Shown here one piece after another: positions 23,736 through 36,949 of a stretch of 64,000 bases of DNA. The notes beneath the pieces were generated by a model. That model did no database searches. It saw only the letters and a program-made list of their open reading frames with translations, and was not told the DNA's origin. The stretch is from contig JAYWIR010000050.1 of NCBI GenBank assembly GCA_036172245.1, forward strand, positions 992,001-1,056,000, in the 5' to 3' direction. The stretch is from Raillietiella orientalis (Eukaryota). Made by a program: the position numbers and the translations under genes. Each line of letters begins with the position of its first letter. The first letter of the stretch is position 1.

Positions 23736-24250
23736 GAAAATAGGAAAAGGGGGAATAGCCGTGAAGCTTCCCCTTGTGCATTGGAGGGAAGGCAGGAAGA
23801 AAAGGGGGGAATCTTGTACTTGGGGGTCCGTTCTGCAAGCACTCGGAAAAGCCGACTCCCGCGCCCGGACGTGCAAGCCGTTGTTGTTTATATTTATATA
23901 CTGCACGCAGAAACCACTACTCTATATTTGGACAGCATGGGGCTGGGGATGGGGGGGGGGCACCCCGGAGCCACACGCCATATGCTGGGGCTTAATTTTC
24001 CGGACGTGTCGTTTTCCCCCGTGCCGGTGCCGAAACGGCTCGTGCTGGTGATCCACTCCATCGAGTCTCACCTTCGACTAAAAATCACTCGTACCAGCAA
24101 GTGAGGTCATTTTAACGGAGCAAACTCAGTTATGATGGGAACACTACGGCTGCGTGTAACTTGACGCACTTGCGTAGAAAACTGTTACTCCGCGCCACTC
24201 CGGTTCGAAAACCCCACAGCGGACTCGGGTCCTGCTCCCCATGCACTTAC

Positions 24251-24430
24251 CTCATCTCCGTTGCCATGGTTCGTCCAGGTTATTAAAATGTCACTTTGGT
24301 TCATATTGCTGCAAGCAAACTCCTGGTTCACATAATCCAGTGTGGAGCCCAACTGCGCCTGCGCTGGGCCGTGTATCGATTCGTTTCGCCAATATAGGGA
24401 AACCAGTACAACGTTGGGGACTCTGACGTA
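24251..24430 (-). promoter_or_regulatory. Probable non-coding first exon / promoter region of ewg
   Basis: Strong donor GAG|GTAAGT at 24250 in a CpG-rich stretch; a matching acceptor TGTAG at 22377-22376 lies 33 nt before the ewg ATG. Upstream boundary is approximate. Confidence 0.5.
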
Positions 24431-24614
24431 AGTAGATCGGGGGAGGATGGGGCTCCCTGGTTCCTCGGAGCAGGGGTCCGGTTTCACGAGGAGACGGGGG
24501 GAGAGAGAGAGGGAAAATATATATATGTATATATATAACCCCCCCTCTCTCAGGTTCGCTAATAAGCGTTGGTAAGCAAAATGGCGCTGACGTTGCACTT
24601 TAAGCGTTAATGCG

Positions 24615-24615
24615 T

Positions 24616-24646
<31 letters not shown>

Positions 24647-24940
24647 CCCCTGCTCTTCTCGCCATCTGTCGTTGCTCCCTCCTACTAAATTTCGGTGATG
24701 CTGCTGCTGCTGCGGCGGCTGCTGCTGCTGCTGCTGAAGCGGATGGGAGCAGCAGCGTTTTCGCCCTCGTGGGTGAGTCCCCAGCGATGATGATGCTTCT
24801 TCTTCTTCCTCCCCCCCCCCCTTCCCGCCCCCCCCCCCCGCCCCGCCGCCGCGTACTCCGCGCGCAAAGTAAATTTGCAAGAGAGAGAGAGAGAGAGGGG
24901 GGAGGGGAGGAAAAAACGTGAAATTCAGATTTATTCTTCA

Positions 24941-24971
<31 letters not shown>

Positions 24972-25000
24972 TCCATTTTTTTTTTTTTTTTTTTTTTTTT
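24615..25000. repeat. Cluster of microsatellites and homopolymers: poly-T, (GCT)n, poly-C, (GA)n, (GTC)n
   Basis: Directly visible between the shf stop codon and the ewg 5' region. Confidence 0.9.
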
Positions 25001-25237
25001 CCCCCTCCCCGAAGAAGAAGAAGCACCCACGGCTGGATGGACGATGATGAAGACACGCCGCCGTCGTGTTTCCTCCCGCCGAAGAAATTCCACCGCTTGG
25101 GGAGGGGTCAGCAAGCATCCGCACTCTGCAAAGCCGGGAAGGAGGGGGTCCGCCACGTACGAGGAGGGGGAAAAAAAAAAAAAAAAAAAAGGCCGCTGCC
25201 CCCTCTCTCTCTCTCTTCCCGCGGGCAACCTGAAAGT

Positions 25238-28200
25238 TCAGACGGGGAGGTTCCCTGCAACGAGTCGGCCTTCAACGTGCACCCCCCGTGTCGTGCAACC
25301 ACTTACTCCTGTTGCAGCGCCGGCCGAAGAAGCCGCCGTCGCACGTACACTTATTGAAGCCCACGCATGTACCGTGTACACAGGGCTTGCTGCACAGCGC
25401 ACGCTGGCGGAGCAACCGACGGGACGGCTCGAGCTCGCAGTGGTCGCCCTCGAACCCATTCGGGCAGCGACATCGGTTGTTCCCTCTGCACCTGCCTCCG
25501 TTCAGGCATGCGATCAGGCATCGACCTACGGACAGTTCGTTCGCGACACCCTCGTCGTCGTCATCATCATCATCATCATCACCACCACCGTCGTCGTCGT
25601 TCACTTACTGTACTGGCACTGGTTTCCGTAGTAACCGCTGGGACAGCTGCAGATGTCTTTGCGCACACACTTTCCTCCGTTCAAGCATTTGTTGCTGCAT
25701 ATTCCTGCAAAATGCGCAGATGCATCGACAGTAGGGGTTGCACACGGGCCGCCGCCGGACCTATTTTTCTCGTCGGCGGCGAAACCGTCCCGGAGACTCG
25801 CCGCAGCCTCCCCCCTCCCTGCCGGAGGGAGAAAGTACGGGAACGAAGGGCCACTCGCAAGGAGCGCAGTCCGGCGAGCTCGGGAGCCCCCGAAGGGCGA
25901 GGGGGCCGCCCGCATAGGTGCTCACGTGGATCTTCCCGCTCAGGTTGCGCGGCGACGACGCGTGGACCATCGCGAAGAAGTAGTGCTCGGAAGCGTCGCC
26001 ATGTTCCGACCCGGATCCACCACGGCGGCGTGCAGGCGGATTTTGGATCGCGTCATCCGCGTGGACCACGCCGGCGAGCTGGGAGCCGACCGGATCTACC
26101 AAGGGCAGATGGCGATCCTGGGCGGCACCGCGGACGGCCCTCTCATACGGCACATGTGGGAGCAGGAAAAGGAGCACCGGAGGACCTTTGAAAGACTCAT
26201 CCCCGAGTACCGGGTGCGGCCGACCGTCATGATCCCCGTCTGGAACGTGGCCGGCTACGCGCTGGGCGCCGGAACGGCCCTTCTGGGGAGAGAAGCGGCC
26301 ATGGCATGCACGGTGGCCGTCGAGACGGTCATCGCGCAGCATTACGAGGATCAGATCCGGGAGCTGCTGGAGCTGAACCTGCAGGACGAGAATCCGGAAC
26401 TGCTGCAGGTGCTGCGCAAATTCCGCGACGAGGAAATGGAGCATCATGACACGGGACTCCGGGAGGGCGCCGAGCAGGCACCACTGTACCAGCTACTGAG
26501 TTTCATCATACGCGCGGGCTGCCATGCCGCCATCGCCATCTCGGAACGCATCTGAGGTGAAGGGAAGCTGCAGCACGTTCGTCCCCGATGGACTCCATGT
26601 ACACAGTCTTTTCGAAAGAACGCTTCCTTCTTTCCGGAAAGCGGCGCGCTCCTCCTCATCAACACGCACGCGCACGCCAAAAAAAAAAAAAAAGAACAGA
26701 ATAAAACGGCACGAAGAAGCGAATCCAAACTGTCCGCAGCGCGCTTGCGGACACCCTGACTGAGTGTTACGTCGGACCTCGGTAGTCTGAAGACGTTCCG
26801 CAAGTCTGCGCAGCGGTTCGCACGTTCCGGAAGCCGCAGGGGCTCCCGGGGCTCTCTGCCGGTCGCGAGAGATGCTGCTTGCCTTCTCCGGGAACCTCAC
26901 TTCTCCGAGGGATGGATCGCAGCACGGAAGAGGCTGCTGGAAGTTTCCGAGGGAGACGAAGGAAGCCTCCCACGCCCTAAGAACAGGGCGAGTGCTTGCG
27001 AAGAAGAAACATTGGTAAAAAAATCCCCATCCTGCCTTCGTCTCCGACTGGCGGAAATGCACCACGGGAAAGAAAAGGAAAGAAGGACCCCCCCTCCCCC
27101 TCATGCAAAAGAGCTCAGTTGACGCAGAAGACACCGACCAAGCACACGGAAGCTCAAGCGGAGAAGATCTTCGGGTAAATTTTGAAGAGCGCGCAGACTT
27201 CACTGCCGTGATCTTTCGCGAGAGTGAGATGCGGTCACAAGCAGCGCGTGCGCCTCGCGTGTTTTGCACGATGCGGGCGCACTCCCCGCTAAACATCCCT
27301 GACCGATTCACTCGATCGGTCAGGGATGCTCCGGGAAGATCTCGGCATCATCCCCACCGCATCCGCAAGGCGGGCCTTCCTGCGGGAGCGAATGGAGGAC
27401 TCTCGAAGACTTCTGGGGAACGGTCCTGTCGTTCTCGCGGGCAGTGAGGCTGCAGGGCCGCGCAGGTTCGTCCTCGGGATCGGAGGGACCCTGACGTTCC
27501 CTGCCGAACGCCGCTTCCGTGGATCGAGAGGGAGCGAAACTCTCCAACACGATGCAGAACTGATGGCGATAAGCATCTGATCTGCGCGTGCTCTCCAGCA
27601 AAACTCCAGAAACGTTTGCCCGCGCTTGCGAAATTCCCGTCGATCTCCAGGAACCCCCCAAACACACACACACACACACACACACACATGCAATTACCCA
27701 TCCCGAACAGAAGATACGTGGAGCCTCTTGTCGTTGCCTCGGCTGCAAACGAACGCAAAGAACGAATGCACCGCGGAAAGCGCGCCGCAGGCCAGGGAGG
27801 GAGCTTCCGGGATCGGATCTCTGCAGCTGACGCCGGGCGAAGCAACCCAACTCCCGGCTCGGGAAGAAGGAGACGTTTTCCCCTTCACGCCTACGATTCG
27901 TTCCCCTCAGAAGGGAACTCGGACGAGCAAACCGACTCGCCACGGTGTGGGCACGCTGCCCGGATGGACATTTCAGCACAAAGGGATGTCTTTACAGTGT
28001 AATGAATGAGTAATAAGCGAAGACGCGGCCCGGACGAAATGCCCGCAAAGCCGACGTGCCAGAAGGGCAAGAGAGAAATGCTCGCGGGCCCGTCGCGAGT
28101 GCTCGCCAACAGGCACACAATTGGCTCCGCTCTTCACGAAACATTACCTCCTTCACAGTGCAAACCTTGGTACCCATCCGGACACGAACACACTCCTGGA

Positions 28201-31200
28201 GATATGCACTTGCCTCCGTTTATGCACTGCGGGTAGCACAGGGTTGTGTTGCAGTATCGGCCCATGTAGCCCTCCGGACACTGGCAGACTTTGGCGGCAT
28301 TGCACCAGCCTCCATTGGCACACTTCCTATCGCAGTCCGGGTCGGATTGGAAGGAATCTGTCGACGAACACATCGGAAATGGTACAGCGTCTTCCACTTA
28401 CTAGCATCCAAGCACTCTTTCCTCAGCTGAAGCCGTAAGGGAGTTCCAGGAAGAGAAGTGCCATTCGCGAAATAGAGCTCGAGACCGATGCCAAAGGGGG
28501 CAATGCCGCTGACACGTTCTTTGCAAGGCAGCCTCACGCTAAACACTGCGGGAGAGCACACTCTGGAGGTCTTTCCCATTTTCTTTCTGGCTTACTGAGA
28601 GGGAAGATTAGCTAACTTTTGGATTTTTTGGGGACGATTCCTGATCTTTCCATTGATATGACGGGAGGATGTAACAATCTCTCATCAAAAGACTGTAGAT
28701 TATTGAACTTGTATCTGTACTTTCTGGAGCCCGCTTGCCACGTAAAATTAACACACGACACCTAATTTTCAGAAAAGCATCGCATCAAGATCAAATCGTC
28801 GCATCCGTTACATCCACACAAAAATGCACTTCATTCGGATTAGGACAAGGATCCGGAAGTTTGCGGGAACGAGATTCCAGACGGGAGGATACCCCGAATC
28901 CCTCCCCCCAGGCACAGAGCAGGTCCCCGGAATGAACCTTCGGGCGCGATCCGAACGGTTCCAGCATCTCGTGGTTTCAAAGTTATGGGATGGGACAAAG
29001 AGGAGAGAGGTCCACACTGCAAAGCGTTTTCCGTGAGCTTCCGGTCATCGAGGCGTAAGCGAGGGGCGTCGGGCCCTTTGGTTCAGCGCAACCTAAGAGG
29101 ACGGGAGGGGTTGAACTGACATGCGAAAAGCTGCTCCGGAGAAGAAACCACCGACCGTGTCCGACCTGGTTGCAATGCAAGCTCAAGAATACGGGCTGTG
29201 TATCGGAAGCATCCAGTGCCCACGAATTACATTGCTGTGGTACAAAGAAGTGCCGAGTCCGCATGCTCGCAAGCGGTAGCCCCATTCCTGATGCCCTCTC
29301 CTGTCTTCGAGAGGAAAGAAGTCTCCGAATCTGTCCGCGACGGGTTCCAGCTAGAATGGTTAGTATTTGAAGAGTATGCCTCAGTCGTAATCCCTGAGGG
29401 TACTTCCACGGTTTAGAACACTGACGAGGCAAACACACACACACAGAAGGTGCAGTGAAAAACATCCACCTGCATCCGCAACCACACCCACCACGCACTT
29501 GCCACGAAAACAAAAAAAAAAAAAATGGATTTCCCTCAGCGATTTCTCATGGGCAATGTTTCAGCAAGAAATACGCAAACACGGAAAAGGAAGAAAGCCT
29601 TCCTTTCAGTAAGCGCAATCCGAGGGGTGCCAACTTTGTGCAGCACTGGAGCCGAAGGCAGACAGACGAGCGATTCGGCACGAGGGCGCACCCCATCTCC
29701 GGCGACTCGAGCCGCGGTTCCAGAAAGCCAAATTCCTCTGCAAGCCCTCGGCGGGGATTGCGCCGGAAGATTTTCCGAAATCCGGCGGTAAAGGTCGAGA
29801 CGGTTCGAGAAGTTGCTCTTACCTCAGCAGGAATGACCGGCACGTACTGCTCGAACTTTGTGTCCAAGATGAAAGGAGACACAATGCCATCGACAATGGC
29901 ATAGATTTCCATTGGTATCCCTGGAAAGACCAAGTAAATAAAACATGCACCGTGCCACATGCACTTTTTTTCCTTTTTTTTTTTTTTTGTTTTTTTTACA
30001 AATCAAACTTTGAATACATTTTAATTAAACAGAGCGGTTACAGCTGACACAAAGATCTCCATCGGGATTGGAGGAAAGAAAAAAAAAAGAAGAAGAAGAA
30101 GATGACCATCGAGGAGATGGGCCAAAAAAGTCCCTGGCAAGCCTGGAAACCCAGGGATTTGGATTCCACGTGGGCCTTTCATCTTAAGCGAGCCGTTTTC
30201 CTATTTGGCTCACGAACCACGCCTTTCCATTCATTGATCTCACTACTGAGAAAGTGGGAAAACTACGGAAGCAAAAAAAAAAAAAAAAAAAAAAGGAAGT
30301 CCCTCCCGCTGGGCACCGTGCTAATGGCCATTCGAAAATACAATTGGTGTACACGAGCGCACCAAGCGACTGGCAACATGCATTTCGAAGATGAAGGAAC
30401 CACAGCATCTCGCTCCTCCCATCAGCTGGAGGGAAAAGAAAGAAAGAAGAAGAGAAATGAAATCCCCAATGGTGACCCACCGTCGGATGCTTTCGTTCCG
30501 TTGTCCGACCATCTGAAGGGAATCACCAACAGACTGAAGAGCTCTTGTGATTAGAATATCACAAAATGTGGATGCAGCCTCACATACGTCGGCACTGCGA
30601 CAGGGCTTTTCTTTTTCTTTTTTCTTCTGGAAAAAAAGAAAAAGAAACTCACTTCGCACTGTGATGGGCGTGATGAACCCATTCGCATTCGAGGAATTCC
30701 TTCCTTCCCGAGCATCGTCAACGAGCTCGAGTGGCTGAAAACCGTTAATTACCAAAAACTGCCACGGACGGACGAAGGGCATCACTCGGAGATTTGGCTT
30801 TGATCGCACGTCTGGTGATTTCTGGACACAGTCAGCAGCTTGCTCGCCCTGTTTTCGTTCACTTCAGCCCCATTTCAATAGATAAATAGATAAATAAGCG
30901 GATGCAGAGGACCTCCGGTGAGAAATCGAATCACGGAAGCGCAATTCCGACGCCTGCCGAGTGGTGTCCTCATCTGACCCGAGAGCTCCACAGCAGCATC
31001 TTTCCCATCCCTCCTTCCAGTCCTGAACTCGCGCTCTTCTCCTGATTCGGGGGAGTGAACGAGTGAGTCAGCCGCGATTCCGCACGCCTGCCGTTCTGCA
31101 TCCTCCCTCCTGACGTGTATTCTTCCCAGATGCTGATTCCTCCACACCTCGATCCAGGATGTCTTCTTCGATTTCAGCACCGAAGTGCTGCTGGTCGCTT

Positions 31201-33716
31201 TCTCGCATGCCGCGCCGTTGCCGCCAGCGATTCTCGTCACCCGCTACACCAAACACCTTTTTTCCCGGCCCTTTCCCAGATGGTTCGGCTGGAAGATCGA
31301 GTCAGAAGCATCGAATTCAACGGTGGTCACACGCTTCACATGCACTGCGAAGGTCACCCATGAAGTTGGCGTCCGACGTCTCAACTGCTCCATAGTGTGA
31401 TGGCGGAACGGATTTGGGGATCCCTCTGCACCGAGGAAAAAGCAAACGCACACGCAAAGGGAAACTTTTCTGCGTCTTCAACCATCGCTAGGAGACGGAT
31501 CGAATTTCTACCGGAACGAAATCTCCGTCTTCCGTCTATGACCTCTCTTCCCCAGCAACGCAAAGTAAATCGACACGACCGCTCGATGCACAGAGCAACC
31601 AAGGAGAAACCCCAAATCCCCATTCTCGTTATCCAAGCGGGGGGGGGGGAAAGAGGAATCTCCGATAATTACCAAGACAAGAGAGATGTCCCCTAAAACC
31701 CACCGTTTCCTTTCTTCCTCGCCTACGAGTTCGGTTGAAAAGAGCAGTTTTAAAGAATGGGCCGCGTGCACTCGGATTCACCGGTGAGGATGGCTCTCCT
31801 TTCCCTTTCTTCGAGCACGCTCCTTCCTCGCCCTCCAAGGAAGACGCAGCCCTACATCCTACATTCCCGGCGTGCGTGGTTACTGAACCCAATAGGTTCG
31901 GTAACCACCATTTCCTCGGAGACGAGACTGAACTGAAATCGGGGTAAGCCAACTCGCCCTTTGAGTAGCCGAAACCAATGCTGAAGGCAGGAGACAACCA
32001 GGAGTGGGAATGAAACCATCAGAGCATTTGGTTCCCACTCTGGAGAGACGGTAGGGAAACAAAAAAGCAGGAAGAAAGAAGAAGAAGAAGAAGAAGAAGG
32101 CGTCTAGTAGGGATCCACAAATCCGCACAACTGGGAGGACGGCGGAAGTTTCGAAAAAGGCAACACAAACGCGCAATAACAGCCCTTTAAAGTAATGCCT
32201 TCATCACGCGAAGATTGCTCAAACTGGATGGCGAAGAAAAAACAGTTTTCCTGTAATGATCGAGCAATATGATTTGGAGCAATCGCTCGCACCGCAGGGG
32301 GGGGGTGGGGGTGGAAATACGCAAATGATTTACATTTTCGCGGAACCGGGAGTGACGCCCCTGAAGAGAAAGGAAACGCACCGACGCAAGCAGAAGCAGA
32401 AGACAAAGCAACGTTGAAATGAGGATTTTCTCGCCTGACGGCGGGCAGGAAGAAAATACCTTAAACCCAACTTCCAATTCAATGTCGCTGCAATCAGCCA
32501 ATTTTGCAATGGAATGTTTATCCCATCATCATCGTCATCACCATCACCGCCACCATGGAAAAGAGCAACCCTGCAGGATGGAAAGCGGCAAGAAACGCGG
32601 GCAATCGCGGAACGGTGGTCGGAATCGGTTGTGGATTTCGTTCGGTAAGCCACGAAGGGATCACGAAACCCAAACGTCGGGGATCAAGGCGAGTGGCCCA
32701 AAATCCTTGAGCCGTCTCAAGAAACTGCTCGAGAATCCCATGAGCCCCGACGTTGGACAGAAACTCGCCGCCAAAGTCCACAGCCCCCCCACAGACCGCG
32801 AATCCGCCATCGAGCGTGGCACAGCCACCTCTCCGCAGCACTTGTATCTTCCATCAGTTCGGGGCTCGGTGGCCAAAATCCCCTCTTCTGGAATTTTTCA
32901 AGGCTGCAGGAAGCTACATCGGGGCTTCCTCCAAGATAGTCCATAGCGTTTCGTGAAAAACTCTCAAGGCCAAGCACAGCCCTCCCTCTTCAAGGACAGC
33001 CGTCGCGTTCGTGCTGACCGGGATGGAATCTGCCTCTGTCCTGACGAAAGTACCATTTCGCCAGTGCGGTTTCATCCAACCGCAAACCAAGTGGAAATGA
33101 CGCGATGTGGCCGGGCGAGACGATCCGAATTTCATTCTAGGTTTCACATGTGTACAGTACTAGCAAGTACAACTCGTCCTGCCGGCAACCGATTCGCTGC
33201 GTGCTGACGTGCTTGCAAGAAGAACACACACACACACACACACACAGGGAAAAAGGTCGACGCTTGCGTTTCGACTCGATAGCCATCTGGTGGTACAGCT
33301 CCGAAAACAGGACGGGACCGTCACGGAAGAAGACTATCCAGATGGGAATCGGAGAAACCCCAGCGCAAACGGAAGAGCGAGACGATTCCCGAAAGAAGAG
33401 GCTCCTCGCAGGAGGTTTGGTCCCGTGCAGCCACTCGGTCAGGTGACCCCCGAAATTCACGTATCGAATGAGCACCGCACGGGCGCGGCCGGCGGCTTTC
33501 GCCGAGCCGCGCCGCGCTTTCTGTGAAATGGAGGCAAAGATCATTACCGCTGAAGTGCCTGACTTGGTTTTCGTCAATCCACAGGGAGATGTCATCCCTG
33601 ATTTTGTGGCGTCTCCCTCTGGCAGGCTTTGGTTCGCGGCCTGGGAGTGCGCGCACCTCGCCAAGGGTGCACCAGAGCAGCAAAACGAGGAGGTGTGCAA
33701 GAGAAAAAGCTCCCAT
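25238..33716 (-). CDS. shf: Wnt inhibitory factor 1 / Shifted: signal peptide + WIF domain + 5 EGF-like repeats
   Basis: Exons 33716-33548, 29920-29823, 28761-28617, 28545-28402, 28357-28148, 25704-25609, 25525-25307, 25254-25238, all GT-AG and in phase. Signal peptide MGAFSLAHLLVLLLW; WIF motifs SLWIDENQV, VNFTWQAG, FSVRLPC, LRKEC; five EGF repeats (CANGGWC, CINGGKC, CLNGGKC, CLNGGRC, CVHGTC). Confidence 0.93.
26001..26555 (+). CDS. COQ7: 5-demethoxyubiquinone hydroxylase (COQ7/CLK-1), no intron in the CDS, nested antisense in the shf intron 25705-28147
   Basis: RVDHAGELGADRIYQGQ, QEKEH, MACTVAVETVIAQHY, FRDEEMEHHD di-iron motifs, ending ISERI*. ATG at 26001 in GCCATG context gives 184 aa. 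The longer 25653 ORF overlaps an shf exon and its extension is probably not translated. Confidence 0.96.
   Translation: MFRPGSTTAACRRILDRVIRVDHAGELGADRIYQGQMAILGGTADGPLIRHMWEQEKEHRRTFERLIPEYRVRPTVMIPVWNVAGYALGAGTALLGREAAMACTVAVETVIAQHYEDQIRELLELNLQDENPELLQVLRKFRDEEMEHHDTGLREGAEQAPLYQLLSFIIRAGCHAAIAISERI
27662..27688. repeat. (AC)n microsatellite
   Basis: Tandem AC units within the shf intron. Confidence 0.9.
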
Positions 33717-36700
33717 CTCGATGGGATGCTGCTGCAGAGCGGTACTTCCCGATGCTGTGGCAGTTTACTCCTAAAAAGCAAAGAAAAAACAAAGAAACAA
33801 AAGCAGGCAGCAACCCCGAGGTTCCCCCCCACCCCCCCGGATGGTGGGGAGCATCGGAGCGAGCCCACGGCAAACCCGGCAAAGTGCTGATACATTCATT
33901 TCCCCAAGAAACGGGAAGAAGAACACATACACATACACACATACACACATCTATGTGTGTGTGTGCGCGCGCGCGCGAGAAAAGAATGACATTTGCAACA
34001 CGACTGGACGGCCAATAAGAGGAAAACGATCCGGCAGTTTCACCGCTTGGAAAAAGGAATGAAGGGAGGGGGAAAAGAGTCATCACCCATTTCGAAGCAA
34101 ACACATGACGAAATGGTCCACAGGAGATCACAACCCACGCTATCGAGGAACACGGAAAGCGTTACACTTTGCGACTTCCGGTTGGACTCCAAACTTTCCC
34201 GTTCTATCGAAAAAACGAAGGGGCTCGAAATTTCGATGGCAGCAATTTTCAGCTTTCTTTCTTTCTTTAAAATACATATATATATGTATATATATATATA
34301 CATATATGTAACGTATATCCAACTGGAGATTTCGATCCGTGTTCAACACTGGTGCAAAACACAAGCGAACAGTCCCCCCCCACGACCCTTCACTGCGATG
34401 CTTCGGACGCGGGGGGATCGCCGTTCCCGAACTGCTCCGCAATGCCGGGAGGGAAGAGGGTGACGCAGATCCCCACTTCGTCCACCCTTCCGTGGGAGCA
34501 CTGAACCACCGCTTCACAAAACCACACACACGGCACATGGCGGGGGAAGCGCGTCCGGAAAGATCGGATACGGGCCGCGCGAGACCGTCCCGGAGTGTAC
34601 AAGATCCGAGTACCGATTGCGGCTCGTACGGATCTCGGTCCGCGATTCCCTTTAGCCTGCGGGCTGTTTACGCGAAGGACGGCCTGTCGCGAATCGTCTG
34701 TCCCCGCGCCGCCCGCGCGCTCGGGATGCGTCCCACGAGGGGAAGGACATGCGCAGAGCCTCCGCGAGGACGGCGCCGCGGGCGCAGCGTGCCGCAAAAA
34801 TCTTCCTGCCGGACGGCGCCACGCGGACCACAGGCACGTCGGTGGAGAGTTCAAGCTGCCGGGTTCACCCCCCCACCACTTTTTTTTTTTTTCTCTCTCT
34901 TTCTTTCTTTCTTTTCCCTTCCTTTCTTCTTTCCCATGCCAAATGCCGATGGAGATCCGCGCCGCCGCGTGTCCCCGCCAAGTGTTATCCCGGGCAGGAG
35001 CACAGCCCCGCAGGAGGGGCTGCGCCGCCGACGCCTATCCGAAAGATAACAGCCGGAAAGTGGAAAATTCTTCGGAAAGCGAAACACTGCCTCAGATGTT
35101 CGTTCGGACGTGATTTCCCCCCCCCCCCCTCTCTCTCTCTCTCTCCATCACGTCAGCACGCGGCGCCATACTCCTTCGGCGAAATTTGCGACCGCTTTGC
35201 AACGCGCGTTCTTTCCTCCCGGGATGGTTCCCGTTCTCTCATCCCGGCGTGGACCGCCAGAGGTGTGTGCTCGATGGCCGCTTCCCAGCCAGCGGGGTCT
35301 TCCGTTGCTGGCCGACGTGTTTGTGGGTGTGCGTGTGCACCTGCTGAAGACGTGCGCGCACGCCGCGCATCTTGCAGCATCTTTGTTTTCCTCGGGAGAA
35401 ACAAACAAAACAAAGGATAGCACTTTTTTTTTTGGCGGGGGGGGGGAGAGGGAATGCGTAAAAAGAGTTCGTTCAACGGTACGTACGACGGCAGTCACGT
35501 CCAAAACACCGAGCTGCGGTGTCCAACTCGCAGCCATGTCCGGGATGGTTCCGCATCCTTCTCCCGTGGCGCTGTTCATTTCCTCGGTGCTTTGAAAAAG
35601 CTGGGAGTCTGCACTCCTCTTGGAACCAACGAGAGAGAGAGAGAGAGCTCAAGCGATCGCCTCTCTGACTCTGGTCGCGGTGCTCCCTGCGGTCCGAACT
35701 CTGGAACTCTGCCTCGAGAATGTTCCGTGGTCCGACGGAGTGCCCGGCGCTCGCCTTCCAGGAATTCCATCACCCAGACGTGCATCCATTTGCATCGACA
35801 CGGCGGCGTCCGATGGTCGTCGGCGAACCACCCACCGAGGAGAGAAACACAGAATCGCGGAAGGGGACGTCCCCGGGGAAGCCCGTCCGTCCTGAGGAGC
35901 CGCGGGCAGCAGCACGTGAAGGTCGGGACCGTCACGGGGGCAGCCTCCGATCACGCCAGGCGTTGGCGCAGGAGAGAAGCGGGTCGCCGCCCTGCGTTTC
36001 TCATCCAGGACTCACGGCTTTCCAAGCACCAAGCGAGGAGGAGCAACATCCGCTGAAGGACAGACAGATGGCCGCGGGCTCGATGGAAGCCTTCTGAAAG
36101 GTTGCCAGGACGGAATGCGATCGAGCCAGGGCTGCCAACGCGCGCGTTGCGATTTCAGCGTTCGGGCTGAAATGGTCGTAAAAACACGAAACCCCAGTAT
36201 TTTTCCAATGGAACGGATCCTTGTTTTTTTTCTTTTTTTCCTTTTTTTCCTTTTTTTTTGATTTTTCAAGGCCGCATCGATTCGAAACGAGCGTGCAGTC
36301 ATTCACAGGCAACGAGTGGAGTGTGATTCTGCTAGAGAGTTTCTCCACAGAATCCAAACGAGTGTGGTGATGATGATCATCTGCGCCTCACTCCTCAAGA
36401 ATATTGGATTTCTCCTCTTCTCTATCCTTCATTTCGTGATCGCGTGTTGCAGACACACGGTAGCCTCTACAACGAATCCGACGAGCTGCATTCAGTATTT
36501 GGCTGTAAATAATGGTTCTTTATTCAGATGATGCCTTTGTATGGATTTTCCTTCCAAAACAGGGACCCAGGTGCTAAGCATAGGAGGCGGGAGCTGAAGA
36601 GCATAATGAATCGATGTAGGGATCGATTCATTGTGGAGTATCGAATGCACTTGTTTCCTCCCCTCTTCGTAGACATACCACCAGTCTTCGTGTTTTCCCG

Positions 36701-36949
36701 GCGCAGACTCTTAGCCGTTAAGGTCATGTGAAATATGGCCCTCCACTAGGCGCATTTGCCCACGGATCCTTCCTTGCTCTAGCCAAACCTGTTCCCTCCG
36801 GCGTTGCCAACCGTCTCCCTGCCGCAGAGGTGCGAGCGCCCCGTGCCGAGATCTCTTCACGGCGTGGTGTTTCCTTCGTCCCCCTGGTCCGGTCGGAGGA
36901 AAAATCCGGCCATCTTGGATGACGGATTCTTCTCAGGCAGGCGCGCTGC

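Noticed and set aside
29040..29416. Coding-like stretches in shf introns (here and 31850-32050) resembling LINE ends or an endonuclease
   Set aside because: Motif similarity is too weak to call by eye.
30669..30740. Possible C/D box snoRNA (GTGATGA ... CTGA)
   Set aside because: No terminal stem, no recognisable rRNA guide, and antisense to the host shf transcript.
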